A stretch of DNA of 64,000 nt. Source: an uncultured Actinomycetota bacterium. GTDB lineage: Bacteria; Actinomycetota; Actinomycetes; Actinomycetales; Dermatophilaceae. Positions within the stretch are counted from its first letter, which is position 1; the number at the start of each line of letters is the position of its first letter. The stretch is from positions 406,984 through 470,983 of the forward strand of contig CAVQQQ010000003.1 in NCBI GenBank assembly GCA_963715025.1, given 5' to 3'. The notes under the pieces are model-generated. The model had not been told where the DNA came from. It did no database searches and was given only the letters and a program-made list of their open reading frames with translations. Positions 1 to 9,326 of this stretch are shown here, piece by piece. The position numbers were made by a program, and so were the translations under genes.

Positions 1-730
1 GGACGATGATGTTGATCGGCCGCATCACCGGGAAGCACCACCCTGAAGAAGGTCGTGCGCTCGCTGGCCCCGTCGACCTTGGCGGCCTCGCGCAGGGACG
101 GGTCGACCCCCTTCAGGCCGGCCAGGTAGAGCAGCATGACGTAGCCCGATGTGCCGCCAGCTCGCCGCGACGAGGGCCGCCCAGAGGTTGACGCTCGGGT
201 CGCCGTACCAGTCGGTCGTGCCGCCGGTGATCGCGTTGAGCACGCCCTGGTCGCGCGAGTAGATCAGCTGCCAGATGAACCCGACCAGGGCCAGGGACAG
301 GACCACCGGCAGGTAGAGGGCGGTCTGGTAGAAGCGCGATCCCTTGACCCCGCGGTCGAGCAGCACGGCGAGGAAGATCCCGAGCGGCGTCGCGACCAGG
401 AACATCACCGCGAGCCAGATGAGGTTGTGCTGGATCGCCGGCCAGAACGGCGGATAGATCGTGACCACGTCGGCGTAGTTCTTGCCGACCGATGAACTTC
501 GCCGAGGAGATCGGGCCGATCCCGTCCCAGTTGGTGAACGAGAGCAGGACCGACCCGATGGCCGGAAGCCAGACCAGGGCTATGACGATCAGCGTCGGGA
601 CGGCGATCATGAGGGCGACGACCACGCGGTCGAACCCCGAGAGCTGGTTGATTCCCCGTGTACCTGGCCATGCGGCATCTCCTCTTCGGGCGGGAAGGCG
701 AGTGCGTCTTCTCAGCGGATCACGCTGCAA
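1..730 (-). pseudogene. Carbohydrate ABC transporter permease (MalF/UgpA-type); 3' end runs off the window; reading frame broken three times
   Basis: Permease-like minus-strand segments lie in successive frames. First: INQLSGFDRVVVALMIAVPTLIVIALVWLPAIGSVLLSFTNWDGIGPISSAKFIG (ORF 113..730). Second: GKNYADVVTIYPPFWPAIQHNLIWLAVMFLVATPLG...VAASWRHIG (ORF 25..468). Third and fourth (hand-translated): GYVMLLYLAGLKGVDPSLREAAKVDGASERTTFFRVVLP, then VMRPINIIV. Net +1 shifts lie near 488-491, 145-147 and 28-32. The TTG start at 730 is tentative. Confidence 0.75.
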
Positions 731-2064
731 AGATGCTCTTCTTCTGCTGCTCGATCTTGTTGACGAGGCCGTCGATGTCCTTCGGGTTCTTGATGAAGTG
801 CTGGATGGCCGGGATCATCACCGTGGACGCGAAGTCGGGGCGGGTGTCGCGGTCGAGGAACTGGGCGATCGACTTCGCGGACTTCACGAACTCGACCGAC
901 TTCTTCTGGAGCGCGGTGTAGCTGGTCTGGCTGGCCTGGTCGTTGGTGGCGATGACGCTGGGGTCCGCCTTGACGGCCAGCTCCTGCGCCGGGCCTGAGC
1001 CGAGGTACCCCAACAGCTTCTTGGCGCCGGCCTCGTTCTTGGGCCGATTGGCCATCATGTAGCCGTCGATCGGCGCCTCGATGGCGTCGGTGCCGATCGT
1101 CGGGTCGATTTCGGGGAAGGTGAAGAAGTCGAGGTCGTCCTGCTCGGCGCCCTTGGCGAACTGCTGCGCCACGAACGCGCCGAGCAGGTAGATGCCGGCC
1201 TTGCTTCTGCTGGAGCGCCTGGGCCGCCTCCTGCCAGGTGCGCCCGAGCGAGTCGGGCTGGTGCAGCGGCAGGATGCCCGCCCACGTGTCGAAGACCTTC
1301 TTGACCTTGTCGGAGTTCCATGCCTCCTTGCCCGCCATCAGGCTGACGTGGAAGTCGTAGCCGTTGATGCGCAGGTTGAGCTGGTCGAACGTGCCCATCG
1401 CCGGCCAGCCGTCCTTGTCGCCGAACGCGATCGGGACGAGGCCGTCCTTCTTCATCTGGGCGCCGAGGGCGTTGAGGTCGTCGAGGGTCTTGGGGATCTG
1501 GTAGCCGTGCTTGGAGAACACGCTCTTGCGGTAGAAGATCGCCCACGGGTAGTAGGTGGACGGCACGAAGTACTGCTTGCCGTCGTCACCGGTGGAGGCC
1601 TTCTTGAGCGCGTCGCCCAGTCCCGAGAGTCCACTCCAGACGTCGGAGATGTCCCCCGCGAGGTCCTTGGAGGCGAAGAAGCGCATCCGGTATCCCGCGA
1701 ACCACGTGAAGACGTCGTCGGGAGATCCCTGCAGGTAGTTGTTGATGTTCTCCTGGAACGTGTTGTGGTCGACCGTGTTGATCTTCACCGTGAGCCCAGA
1801 GTTGGCCTTCTGGAAGGCGTCGACGACGGACTGGACGGCGGCCTTTGGCACGGCATCCGACTGGTTGGACCCGAGAGTGACCGTTCCCGTTGCCTTGCTC
1901 GTGGTGGTGGTCCCGTCGCCGCCGCAGGCGGCCAGCAGGGATGGCGCGGCGAGCAGGGTTCCAGCCCCCACTGCGCCGCGCAGGAGGGTTCGGCGGCTGA
2001 CGCCGCGGACGGACGGGGGCATGAGGCTCGCGAGGTACTCGGCCTCGGTTGAGGGGCGGGGCAT
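720..2064 (-). pseudogene. Sugar ABC transporter substrate-binding lipoprotein, one frame break near 1203
   Basis: ATG at 2064 with AGGAG upstream. N-terminus MPRPSTEAEYLASLMPPSVRGVSRRTLLRGAVGAGTLLAAPSLLAACGG has an RR-type signal plus an LAAC lipobox. The solute-binding body includes DVFTWFAGYRMRFF and YFVPSTYYPWAIFYRKSVF. After ...WQEAAQALQQK the sensible continuation (AGIYLLGAFVAQQFAKGAEQDDLDFFTFPEIDP...KIEQQKKSIFAA) lies in the frame of ORF 720..1172. Confidence 0.8.
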
Positions 2065-2404
2065 GTCGGTCTCCTTTGACACTGGTGGACGCCGCTTCGG
2101 TTCGATCGCCTGGACCGTTCGAACCTCAGGAGGCAACGGCACAGAATCGATCAGAAACCACCAACAACGCACTGAGAATGGCTGGGTGCTCACCCTGGTG
2201 TCAAGAGTTTGGCCGAAGTTCTCACATCTCTGTCGCAGCAGGCGGCCATGGGCCCAAGAACCTTGCACATGGTGCTGATTCAGGTGGGTTCTACAACTGC
2301 GGGGGCAGCCGCTGCCGGCCCCCGGCCGAGGAGCGGGTGCCCCTTCCGGACGGTATGTTGGTTTTTGTTGACATCAGGGCAGAGCCGACCCCAAACTGTG
2401 CCGC

Positions 2405-4393
2405 ATGCGTGCATGGCCGAGTGACCGGATCGCCTTCGGCGGGGACTACAACCCCGAGCAGTGGCCGCGCGAGGTCTGGGACGAAGACATGGCCCTGATG
2501 CGCGAGGCCGGGGTCTCGTTCGTGACCCTCGGGGTGTTCTCATGGTCGTGGCTGGAGCCCGCCAAGGGCGAGTACGACTTCGGCTGGATGGACGACGTGA
2601 TGCACCTTCTCCACGCCAACGGCATCGCCGTCGACCTCGCCACGGCCACGTCGACACCACCGCCGTGGCTCTCGGCCGCCCACCCGGAGATCCTCCCGGT
2701 GGACCGCGACGGCCACACGCTCTGGCCCGGCAGCCGGCAGGCCTGGTGCCCCAGCTCCCCGGTCTACCGCGAGTACGCGCTGGCCCTCACGCGGCAGCTC
2801 GCCCAGCGCTACCACGACCACCCGGCCCTGGCCCTCTGGCACGTGTCCAATGAGTACGCCTGCCACAACGTGCCGTGCTACTGCGACACCTGCGCGGTGG
2901 CGTTCCGCTCATGGCTCGACCGGCGCTACGCCACCCTCGACGCCCTCAACAGGGCGTGGGGCACCGCCTTCTGGAGCCAGCGCTACACCGACTGGGCCCA
3001 AGTGCTGCCGCCGCGCCGCACCACCACCCACGCGAACCCGACGCACCGGCTCGACTACTCGCGCTTCATGTCCGACCAGCTCCTCGACTTCTACCGCGCG
3101 GAGCGGGAGGTGCTGAAGGAGCTCTCCCCCGGCGTGCCGGTCACCACGAACTTCATGACGTTGGCCCACTTCGACAAGCTCGACTACAGCCAGTGGGCCC
3201 CCCACCTCGACGTCGTCAGTACCGACCACTACGTGGTCGACTCCCTGCCCTACCCGCAGGCCGAGCTCGCCTTCAGCGGCGATCTGACCCGCGGGCTCGC
3301 CGGCCGCCGGCCCTGGCTGCTCATGGAGCACTCGACGAGCGCGGTCAACTGGCAGCCGGTCAACCGGGCCAAGGCCCCGGGACAGATGACGCGCGACAGC
3401 ATCACCCACGTCGCCCGGGGCGCGGACACGGTCGGGTTCTTCCAGTTCCGCCAGTCCCGCGCCGGTGCCGAGAAGTTCCACTCGGCCCTGGTCCCACACG
3501 CCGGCCGCGACTCCGATCGATTCCGGGAAGTCGCCTCGCTGGGCGCGATCGCCTCTCAGCTCGGCGAGGTCGTGGGCAGCACGGTCGACGCGGACGTCGC
3601 CCTGCTGTGGGACTACCAGTCGGTCTGGGCCGCAACCGGCCCCGCGATGCCGTCGTCCGCGGTGCACCCAACCGTCCTCCCCCACACGATCCACCGACTG
3701 CTGCGCGACCGCGGCATCACCGCGGACGTCGTCCACCCATCCGTCAACCTCGCCCGGTATCGGCTCGTCGTCGTCCCCACCCTGTACCTCGTCTCCGAGG
3801 AGCACGCGGCCGCGGTCGGCCGAGCGGCCGAGGCCGGAGCACAGGTCCTCGTCACGTTCTTCTCGGGCATCAGCGACGAGCACGACCACGTGCGGCTGGG
3901 CGGCTACCCCGGAGCCTTCCGCGACCTGCTGGGCGTACGTGCCGAGGAGTTCTTCCCGCTCCGCGTCGGCGAGACGGTCCGGCTCGACAGCGGTGGTAGG
4001 GGCAGCCTCTGGTCGGAGCACCTCACCACGGACTCGGCCGAGGCCATCCACCGGTACGCCGCCGGGCCCCTCCGCGGCCACCCTGCCGTCACGAGGTCGG
4101 TCACTGGCGCCGGGGCGGCGTGGTACCTCAGCACCCTTCCGGACGACGAGACGCTCGGCCGCCTGCTCGAGCAGGTGGTGGAGTCCGCCGGCATCCAGCC
4201 CGCGGCACCGGTCCCACCCGGCGTCGACGCGGTCCGCCGACGTGCCGGGGCCAGCACCTGGCTGTTCCTGGTCAACCAGACCGATACCGACCACACCGTG
4301 CCCGTCTCGGGCTTCGACCTGGTCGCCGGCCAGCAGGTGGGGCCCGAGCTCTCACTTGCCGCCGGTGCGGTCGCCGTGGTCAGAGAGGAGTGA
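2405..4393 (+). CDS. Glycoside hydrolase family 42 beta-galactosidase
   Basis: Intact 662-aa ORF. IAFGGDYNPEQWPREVWDEDMALMREAGVSFVTLGVFSWSWLEPAKGEYDFGWMD, ALWHVSNEY and the CHNVPCYCDTC Cys cluster are typical of GH42. Confidence 0.9.
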   Translation: MRAWPSDRIAFGGDYNPEQWPREVWDEDMALMREAGVSFVTLGVFSWSWLEPAKGEYDFGWMDDVMHLLHANGIAVDLATATSTPPPWLSAAHPEILPVDRDGHTLWPGSRQAWCPSSPVYREYALALTRQLAQRYHDHPALALWHVSNEYACHNVPCYCDTCAVAFRSWLDRRYATLDALNRAWGTAFWSQRYTDWAQVLPPRRTTTHANPTHRLDYSRFMSDQLLDFYRAEREVLKELSPGVPVTTNFMTLAHFDKLDYSQWAPHLDVVSTDHYVVDSLPYPQAELAFSGDLTRGLAGRRPWLLMEHSTSAVNWQPVNRAKAPGQMTRDSITHVARGADTVGFFQFRQSRAGAEKFHSALVPHAGRDSDRFREVASLGAIASQLGEVVGSTVDADVALLWDYQSVWAATGPAMPSSAVHPTVLPHTIHRLLRDRGITADVVHPSVNLARYRLVVVPTLYLVSEEHAAAVGRAAEAGAQVLVTFFSGISDEHDHVRLGGYPGAFRDLLGVRAEEFFPLRVGETVRLDSGGRGSLWSEHLTTDSAEAIHRYAAGPLRGHPAVTRSVTGAGAAWYLSTLPDDETLGRLLEQVVESAGIQPAAPVPPGVDAVRRRAGASTWLFLVNQTDTDHTVPVSGFDLVAGQQVGPELSLAAGAVAVVREE

Positions 4394-4396
4394 GCC

Positions 4397-5227
4397 GTGC
4401 TGGCCACGCAGCGCCGATCCCGCATCCTGGCCCTCGTCGACGAGCACGGCGCGGTCAAGGTCTCCGACCTCGTCGGGGAGTTCGGCGTCTCCGACATGAC
4501 CGTGCGCCGCGACATCGAGAGCCTCGCCGAGCAGGGTCTCGTCCAGCGCGTCCATGGCGGTGCGCTGGCCGTAGGGGGGCGCTCCAGCGAGGAGCCGGGG
4601 TTCTCGGCCAAGTCGGCCCTGATGACGGCTCAGAAGGTCGCGATCGCGGAGGCGGCCGCCGCTCTGGTGGAGCCCGGCTCCGCAATCGGCATCTCGGCGG
4701 GCACGACGACCTACGAGCTGGCCCGCGCCGTCCGTGGCATCCCGAACCTCACGGTCGTGACCAACTCGGTTCCCGTGGCGCAGCTGCTCCACGAAGCAGG
4801 CACGCCCGGCCAGACCGTGGTGCTGACCGGTGGCGTCCGCACACCGTCCGATGCACTGGTGGGTCCCGTCGCCGTGGCAGCGCTGCGGTCCCTCCACGTC
4901 GACCGGGTGTTCCTCGGTGCCCACGGCCTCGACCTCCACGCCGGGCTGACGACGCCCAACCTGGTCGAGGCGGAGACGAACCGCGCGCTGGTCGCCTGCG
5001 CTCGACACGTCTGCGTGTTGGTCGACCACACCAAATGGGGTGTGGTCGGGCTGAGCACCTTCCTGGAGCTCGAACGCGTCGACACCCTGGTCACCGACGA
5101 CGACCTGCCACCGCGGGCGCAGACCGCGCTTCGCGACCACATCGGCGAGCTGATCGTCGTCACCTCCCGTCGGGCCCCGGCACCGTCGCGGGCCCCGCGC
5201 ACAGCGGTCCGGGACGTGGGGGCATGA
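4397..5227 (+). CDS. DeoR/GlpR family transcriptional regulator
   Basis: GTG at 4397, 4 nt after the beta-galactosidase stop. N-terminal HTH: RRSRILALVDEHGAVKVSDLVGEFGVSDMTVRRDIESLAEQGLVQRVHGGA. The C-terminal domain is DeoR effector-type. Confidence 0.9.
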   Translation: MLATQRRSRILALVDEHGAVKVSDLVGEFGVSDMTVRRDIESLAEQGLVQRVHGGALAVGGRSSEEPGFSAKSALMTAQKVAIAEAAAALVEPGSAIGISAGTTTYELARAVRGIPNLTVVTNSVPVAQLLHEAGTPGQTVVLTGGVRTPSDALVGPVAVAALRSLHVDRVFLGAHGLDLHAGLTTPNLVEAETNRALVACARHVCVLVDHTKWGVVGLSTFLELERVDTLVTDDDLPPRAQTALRDHIGELIVVTSRRAPAPSRAPRTAVRDVGA

Positions 5228-6351
5228 AGATCGCACCCGGGATACGGCGCACCACCAGGCAGCTGGCGGACGGGCGCGAGATCATCTACTTCGACGATTC
5301 GCCCGTGGCGCCGCCGCGCGACGCCGATGACACGCGTCCCCTTGGCAAGCGCGCCCGTGCGGGCCAGCTGCGCCACGACGCTCTGGTCGGTGACTGGGTC
5401 GCCGTGGCCGGCCACCGGCTCAACCGAACGTTCCTGCCTCCCAAGGACGAGTGCCCGCTGTGCCCCACGGGCACCGGGAGTGTCCCGTCGGAGGTCCCCG
5501 AGACCACCTACGACGTGGTGGTCTTCGAGAACCGCTTCCCCTCCTTCGCACCGGTCACCGCTGAGCTGCCCCGAGGCCTCGCGACCGACGCCCTGTTCGG
5601 CCTGCGCCCGGCGGCCGGACGGTGCGAGGTCGTCTGTTTCACCAGCGACCACGACTCGACGTTCGCCGACCTGACGCCCCTGCGGGCCCGCACAGTGATC
5701 GAGGCCTGGGTGGACCGTACTCGGGTCCTGGGCGCCCTGCCTCGGGTCGAGCAGGTGTTCTGCTTCGAGAACCGGGGACAGGAGATCGGGGTCACGCTCC
5801 ACCACCCGCACGGCCAGATCTACGCCTACCCCTACCTGCCGCAGCGCAGCGCCGACCTGCTGAAGGCGGCTGCGGACCACCACCGCCGCACGGGACGGCT
5901 GCTCGGAGCCGACATCCTCGCCGCGGAGCGGGCCGACGGCCAGCGAGTCGTGTTCAGCGGGACGCACTGGACGGCATACGTGCCCTTTGCCGCCCGCTGG
6001 CCGGTCGAGGTCCACCTCGCCCCGCACCGGGACGTGCCAGACCTGCCCGCGCTCACCGAGGAGGAGCGCGACGAGCTGGCCGAGGTCTACCTCGAGCTGC
6101 TCCGCCGGCTCGACCGCTACTACGTTCGCAAGGACGGCAGCCCGATCCACCTGCCCTACATCGCCGGCTGGCACCAGGCCCCGGCCAAGCAGGGCAGGGA
6201 CGTGTCACGGCTCCACCTGCAGGTCATGTCGGTGCTGCGCTCGCCGGGCAAGCTGAAGTACTTGGCGGGGTCGGAGTCCGGCGTCGGTGGTTGGGTCAAC
6301 GACGTGCCGCCCGAGAAGATCGCCGCGCGGCTGCGGGAGGTCGCCGGGTGA
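5224..6351 (+). CDS. galT: Galactose-1-phosphate uridylyltransferase
   Basis: ATG at 5224 overlaps the deoR stop (ATGA). Motifs: CPLCPTG zinc site, VVFENRFPSF, and HHPHGQIYAYPYLP (HXH active site). Confidence 0.9.
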   Translation: MKIAPGIRRTTRQLADGREIIYFDDSPVAPPRDADDTRPLGKRARAGQLRHDALVGDWVAVAGHRLNRTFLPPKDECPLCPTGTGSVPSEVPETTYDVVVFENRFPSFAPVTAELPRGLATDALFGLRPAAGRCEVVCFTSDHDSTFADLTPLRARTVIEAWVDRTRVLGALPRVEQVFCFENRGQEIGVTLHHPHGQIYAYPYLPQRSADLLKAAADHHRRTGRLLGADILAAERADGQRVVFSGTHWTAYVPFAARWPVEVHLAPHRDVPDLPALTEEERDELAEVYLELLRRLDRYYVRKDGSPIHLPYIAGWHQAPAKQGRDVSRLHLQVMSVLRSPGKLKYLAGSESGVGGWVNDVPPEKIAARLREVAG

Positions 6352-7532
6352 GCGGTGAGCCTGCGGCGGAGGTCGTGGCCGGGGTGGCTGCCCGGTTTGC
6401 CGAGCTCTACGGGTCGCAGCCGGAGGGTGTCTGGTCGGCTCCGGGCCGGGTCAACCTGATCGGGGAGCACACCGACTACAACCAGGGCCTGTGCCTTCCG
6501 ATCGCCCTGCCCCAGCGGACGTATGCCGCGGTGCTCGCTCGAGAGGACACGCGCCTGCGCGTGCACTCGGTGCAGAGCGGCGAGACCGTGGAGGTGACGC
6601 TGGCGGAGATCGGGCCGGGTCGACCGGCCGGCTGGGCGGCGTACGTGGCAGGGGTCCTCTGGGCGCTGGCGCGGGCCGGTCACGCGGTCGGCGGGCTCGA
6701 CGTGGTGGTCGACGGTCGGGTGCCGGTGGGGTCGGGCCTGTCGAGCTCGGCTGCCCTCGAGTGCGCCGTGGCCGCCGCAGCATCCGATGTTTTCGGGATG
6801 GGGCTGATGCACGGGCCGGCTTCGCGCGCCGAGCTGGCCGCTGTGTGTGTCGAGGCGGAGAACACCATCGCCCAGGCGCCGACCGGCGGCATGGACCAGT
6901 CGGCGAGCCTGCTGTGCCAGCCGGGGCACGCGCTGCTCCTGGACTGTCGCGACGGCTCGACCCGTCAGGTGGGGGTGGACCTCGCCGGCAGCGGGCTGGC
7001 CCTCCTCGTGATCGACACGCGGGCCGAGCACGCACTCGTCGACGGGCAGTACGCCGAGCGCCGTCGGTCCTGCGAACAGGCCGCGGCCGAGCTCGGGGTG
7101 CGCAGCCTGCGGGAGCTGTCGGCTCAGAGTCTGCCCGAGGCGCTGGAGCGGCTCTCCAGCGACCTGCTGCGGCGACGGGCTCGGCATGTCGTGACCGAGA
7201 TCGCCCGGGTCGAGACCGCTGTCGACCTGCTGGAGCATGGCGACCTCGCAGCCCTGGGCGACCTGTTCCTGGCCTCGCACGCCTCGCTGCGCGACGACTA
7301 CGAGGTGTCCTGCGCCGAGTTGGACGCCGCCGTGGCCACTGCGACCGCGGCTGGCGCGCTGGGGGCGCGCATGACCGGCGGCGGCTTCGGCGGGTCGGCC
7401 ATCGCGTTGGTGCCCAAGGGCCTGCTAGGCCAGGTTGGCGCGGCAGTCGGGGGAGTCTTCGCGGACCGGGGGTTCAACCTGCCGCAGTGCTTCCCGGTGG
7501 TCGCCAGCGGTCCTGCGGCGAGAGACGCCTGA
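6348..7532 (+). CDS. galK: Galactokinase
   Basis: GTG at 6348 overlaps the galT stop (GTGA). Motifs: GRVNLIGEHTDYNQG signature, GSGLSSSAALECA (GHMP motif), MTGGGFGGSAIAL. Confidence 0.92.
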   Translation: MSGEPAAEVVAGVAARFAELYGSQPEGVWSAPGRVNLIGEHTDYNQGLCLPIALPQRTYAAVLAREDTRLRVHSVQSGETVEVTLAEIGPGRPAGWAAYVAGVLWALARAGHAVGGLDVVVDGRVPVGSGLSSSAALECAVAAAASDVFGMGLMHGPASRAELAAVCVEAENTIAQAPTGGMDQSASLLCQPGHALLLDCRDGSTRQVGVDLAGSGLALLVIDTRAEHALVDGQYAERRRSCEQAAAELGVRSLRELSAQSLPEALERLSSDLLRRRARHVVTEIARVETAVDLLEHGDLAALGDLFLASHASLRDDYEVSCAELDAAVATATAAGALGARMTGGGFGGSAIALVPKGLLGQVGAAVGGVFADRGFNLPQCFPVVASGPAARDA

Positions 7533-7656
7533 GCGCCTGTCCCTTGAGGCACTCCAGCCCGCCCCTTCGGACGGCGGCGCGGATGCCGTTGACGTTGGCC
7601 GAGATCAGGCGCATGCGCCCTATTCTCATGGCCCGCTGTGACCGCCGGCGGCTAGG

Positions 7657-9216
7657 GTGCCGCACATGCCCGATGAGACCACGCCCGCCAAACCGGCGGA
7701 GGCAGCCGAGGGAGTCGAGGGAGGCGTCCGGGAGGGCAGCACCCGCACGACCCACACGGACACCACGACGGTGACCACGACGCCAGCACCGCCGAAGGAC
7801 GACTTCGTTGCGACCACACACACCCTCAGGGTGGGCCGACGTTCCCTCAAGTACACGGCCAGGACCGGACGCGTAGTCCTGCGCGAGGAGGTCTACGAGG
7901 ACAAGGTCTTCACCGGCCACAAGGCCAAGGCCGAGGTCTTCATGACGTCGTACGTGGTGGAGCCGAGGGCCGGGGAGAACCGGCCCGTGACGTTCGCGTT
8001 CAACGGCGGGCCGGGCTCGAGCTCGGTGTGGCTCCACCTCGGGCTGCTCGGCCCCCGGCGGGTCCTGATGGGCGACGCCGGGGCGCTGCTCCCTCCGCCC
8101 TACGGCCTTTCCGACAACCCCGAGTCACTGCTCGCCGTCTCCGACCTGGTGTTCATCGACCCGGTCGACACCGGCTACTCGCGGGCGGTGGAGGGAGGGA
8201 AGGCAGAGGCCTACCTCGGCTACCAGGGCGACATCGACAGCGTGGGCGAGGTGGTCCGGCTCTGGACGTCACGACACGGCCGCTGGATGTCGCCGAAGTT
8301 CCTGGCCGGAGAGTCCTACGGCACCCTGCGCGCCGCGGCGCTCGCCGAGCACCTGCAGAGCCGCTACGGCATGTACCTCAACGGCATCGTGCTCATCTCG
8401 GCGGTCCTCGACTTCGCCACCATCGACTTCGACTTCCGCAATGACCGGGCGAGCGTCAACTTCCTGCCCACGTACGCCGCGACGGCGCACTACCACGGCA
8501 AGCACGGCCGCAAGGCGCTCAAGTCCGTGCTCGCCGAGGCCGAGGCGTATGCCGCCCGCGACTACCCGTGGGCCCTGTCCCGTGGCGCTCGGCTCACAGC
8601 CGCAGAACGGGCGGAGGCGGTGGCGACCATTGCGCGGCTGTCGGGGCTGGGCGAGGACTACGTCGACCGCGCGGACCTCCGGCTCGAGCACATCCGCTAC
8701 TTCACCGAGCTGCTGCGCGACCAGCGCCTCTCCGTGGGCCGCCTGGACACCCGGTTCACAGGCCCGGCCGGGAGCGGCATCGCCGAATCCTGGGACGCCG
8801 ACCCCTCCCACGACGCCGTCTCCGGCCCCTACGCCGCCGCCTGGAACCACTACGTGCGCGACGAGCTCGAGTACGCCAGCGACCTCCCGTACGAACAGAT
8901 CTCGTCCAAGACCCACCAGGCGTGGTCCTACAAGGAGTTCATGGCGAAGCCGGTCGACGTCACCGAGAAGCTCGCCCGTGCCATGCGTGCCAACCCGCAC
9001 CTCAGGGTGCACGTGGCCTACGGATACCTTGACGGCGCCACTCCGTATTACTCGGTCGAGGACACGTTCGCCCATCTCGACATCCCGGAGCCCCTTCGCG
9101 CCAACATCGAGCACCGCTACTACGAGGCCGGCCACATGATGTACGTCCACGAGCCGAGCCGGCTCCAGCAGAGCAAGGACACTGCCGACTTCGTGACCCG
9201 CGCCAGCGCCGGCTGA
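7657..9216 (+). CDS. Serine carboxypeptidase-like peptidase (family S10)
   Basis: 519-aa ORF with FAFNGGPGSSSVWLHLGLLGP, FIDPVDTGYSR and FLAGESYGT (nucleophile Ser context). The N-terminal segment is Thr-rich and low-complexity. Confidence 0.8.
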   Translation: MPHMPDETTPAKPAEAAEGVEGGVREGSTRTTHTDTTTVTTTPAPPKDDFVATTHTLRVGRRSLKYTARTGRVVLREEVYEDKVFTGHKAKAEVFMTSYVVEPRAGENRPVTFAFNGGPGSSSVWLHLGLLGPRRVLMGDAGALLPPPYGLSDNPESLLAVSDLVFIDPVDTGYSRAVEGGKAEAYLGYQGDIDSVGEVVRLWTSRHGRWMSPKFLAGESYGTLRAAALAEHLQSRYGMYLNGIVLISAVLDFATIDFDFRNDRASVNFLPTYAATAHYHGKHGRKALKSVLAEAEAYAARDYPWALSRGARLTAAERAEAVATIARLSGLGEDYVDRADLRLEHIRYFTELLRDQRLSVGRLDTRFTGPAGSGIAESWDADPSHDAVSGPYAAAWNHYVRDELEYASDLPYEQISSKTHQAWSYKEFMAKPVDVTEKLARAMRANPHLRVHVAYGYLDGATPYYSVEDTFAHLDIPEPLRANIEHRYYEAGHMMYVHEPSRLQQSKDTADFVTRASAG

Positions 9217-9294
9217 ACCGCCCATCGATTTGTTGAGGTTGCGGCTCCGCGTCGCTCATTCACCCAGCCGCCCGGCATACGATCAAGCTCTTGA

Positions 9295-9314
9295 ACATCA
9301 AGTTCACTTGAGGT
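9295..9314 (+). promoter_or_regulatory. SoxR-box-like inverted repeat inside a putative soxR promoter
   Basis: ACATCAAG-TTCA-CTTGAGGT resembles the CCTCAAG-N4-CTTGAGG SoxR operator, with one mismatch in the left half. It is flanked by TTGAAC (9291-9296, -35-like) and TAGGCA (9314-9319, -10-like), 7-8 nt before the soxR ATG at 9327. Confidence 0.45.
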
Positions 9315-9326
9315 AGGCAGCTCTCC

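Noticed and set aside
640-730. A possible additional frame break at the permease 5' end: an ATG near 676 with a GAGGAG Shine-Dalgarno reads MPHGQVHGE in a different frame from the conserved INQLSGF...
   Set aside because: The in-frame TTG at 730 gives a plausible Arg-rich cytoplasmic N-terminus without invoking another break. This cannot be decided from the sequence alone.
2095-2130. A GGTTCGA string resembling a tRNA T-arm. Intergenic regions in general were screened by eye for tRNA/ncRNA.
   Set aside because: There is no acceptor stem, anticodon arm or 70-90-nt cloverleaf context. No intergenic region in the window looked tRNA-like. A covariance-model scan would be needed to exclude small RNAs.
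2909-4294. Long antisense or alternative-frame ORFs, such as 2909..4294(-), 4711..6174(-), 6156..7280(-), 12786..14126(-), 51831..53426(-), 53663..55165(-), 56884..59010(-), 41625..43889(+) and many shorter ones.
   Set aside because: Their translations are Arg/Pro/Gly/Ala-rich and low in complexity, with no family motifs. Each overlaps a gene with strong family signatures on the other strand or in another frame. These are typical shadow ORFs of high-GC DNA.
4120-7532. Very long N-terminal extensions of galT (ORF from 4120) and galK (ORF from 5622). Similar extensions exist for wzx, the methyltransferase, DUF1116, CoxS, CoxL and others.
   Set aside because: The extensions overlap the preceding well-supported genes and have junk composition. 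Internal starts give canonical N-termini and 4-nt stop/start coupling.
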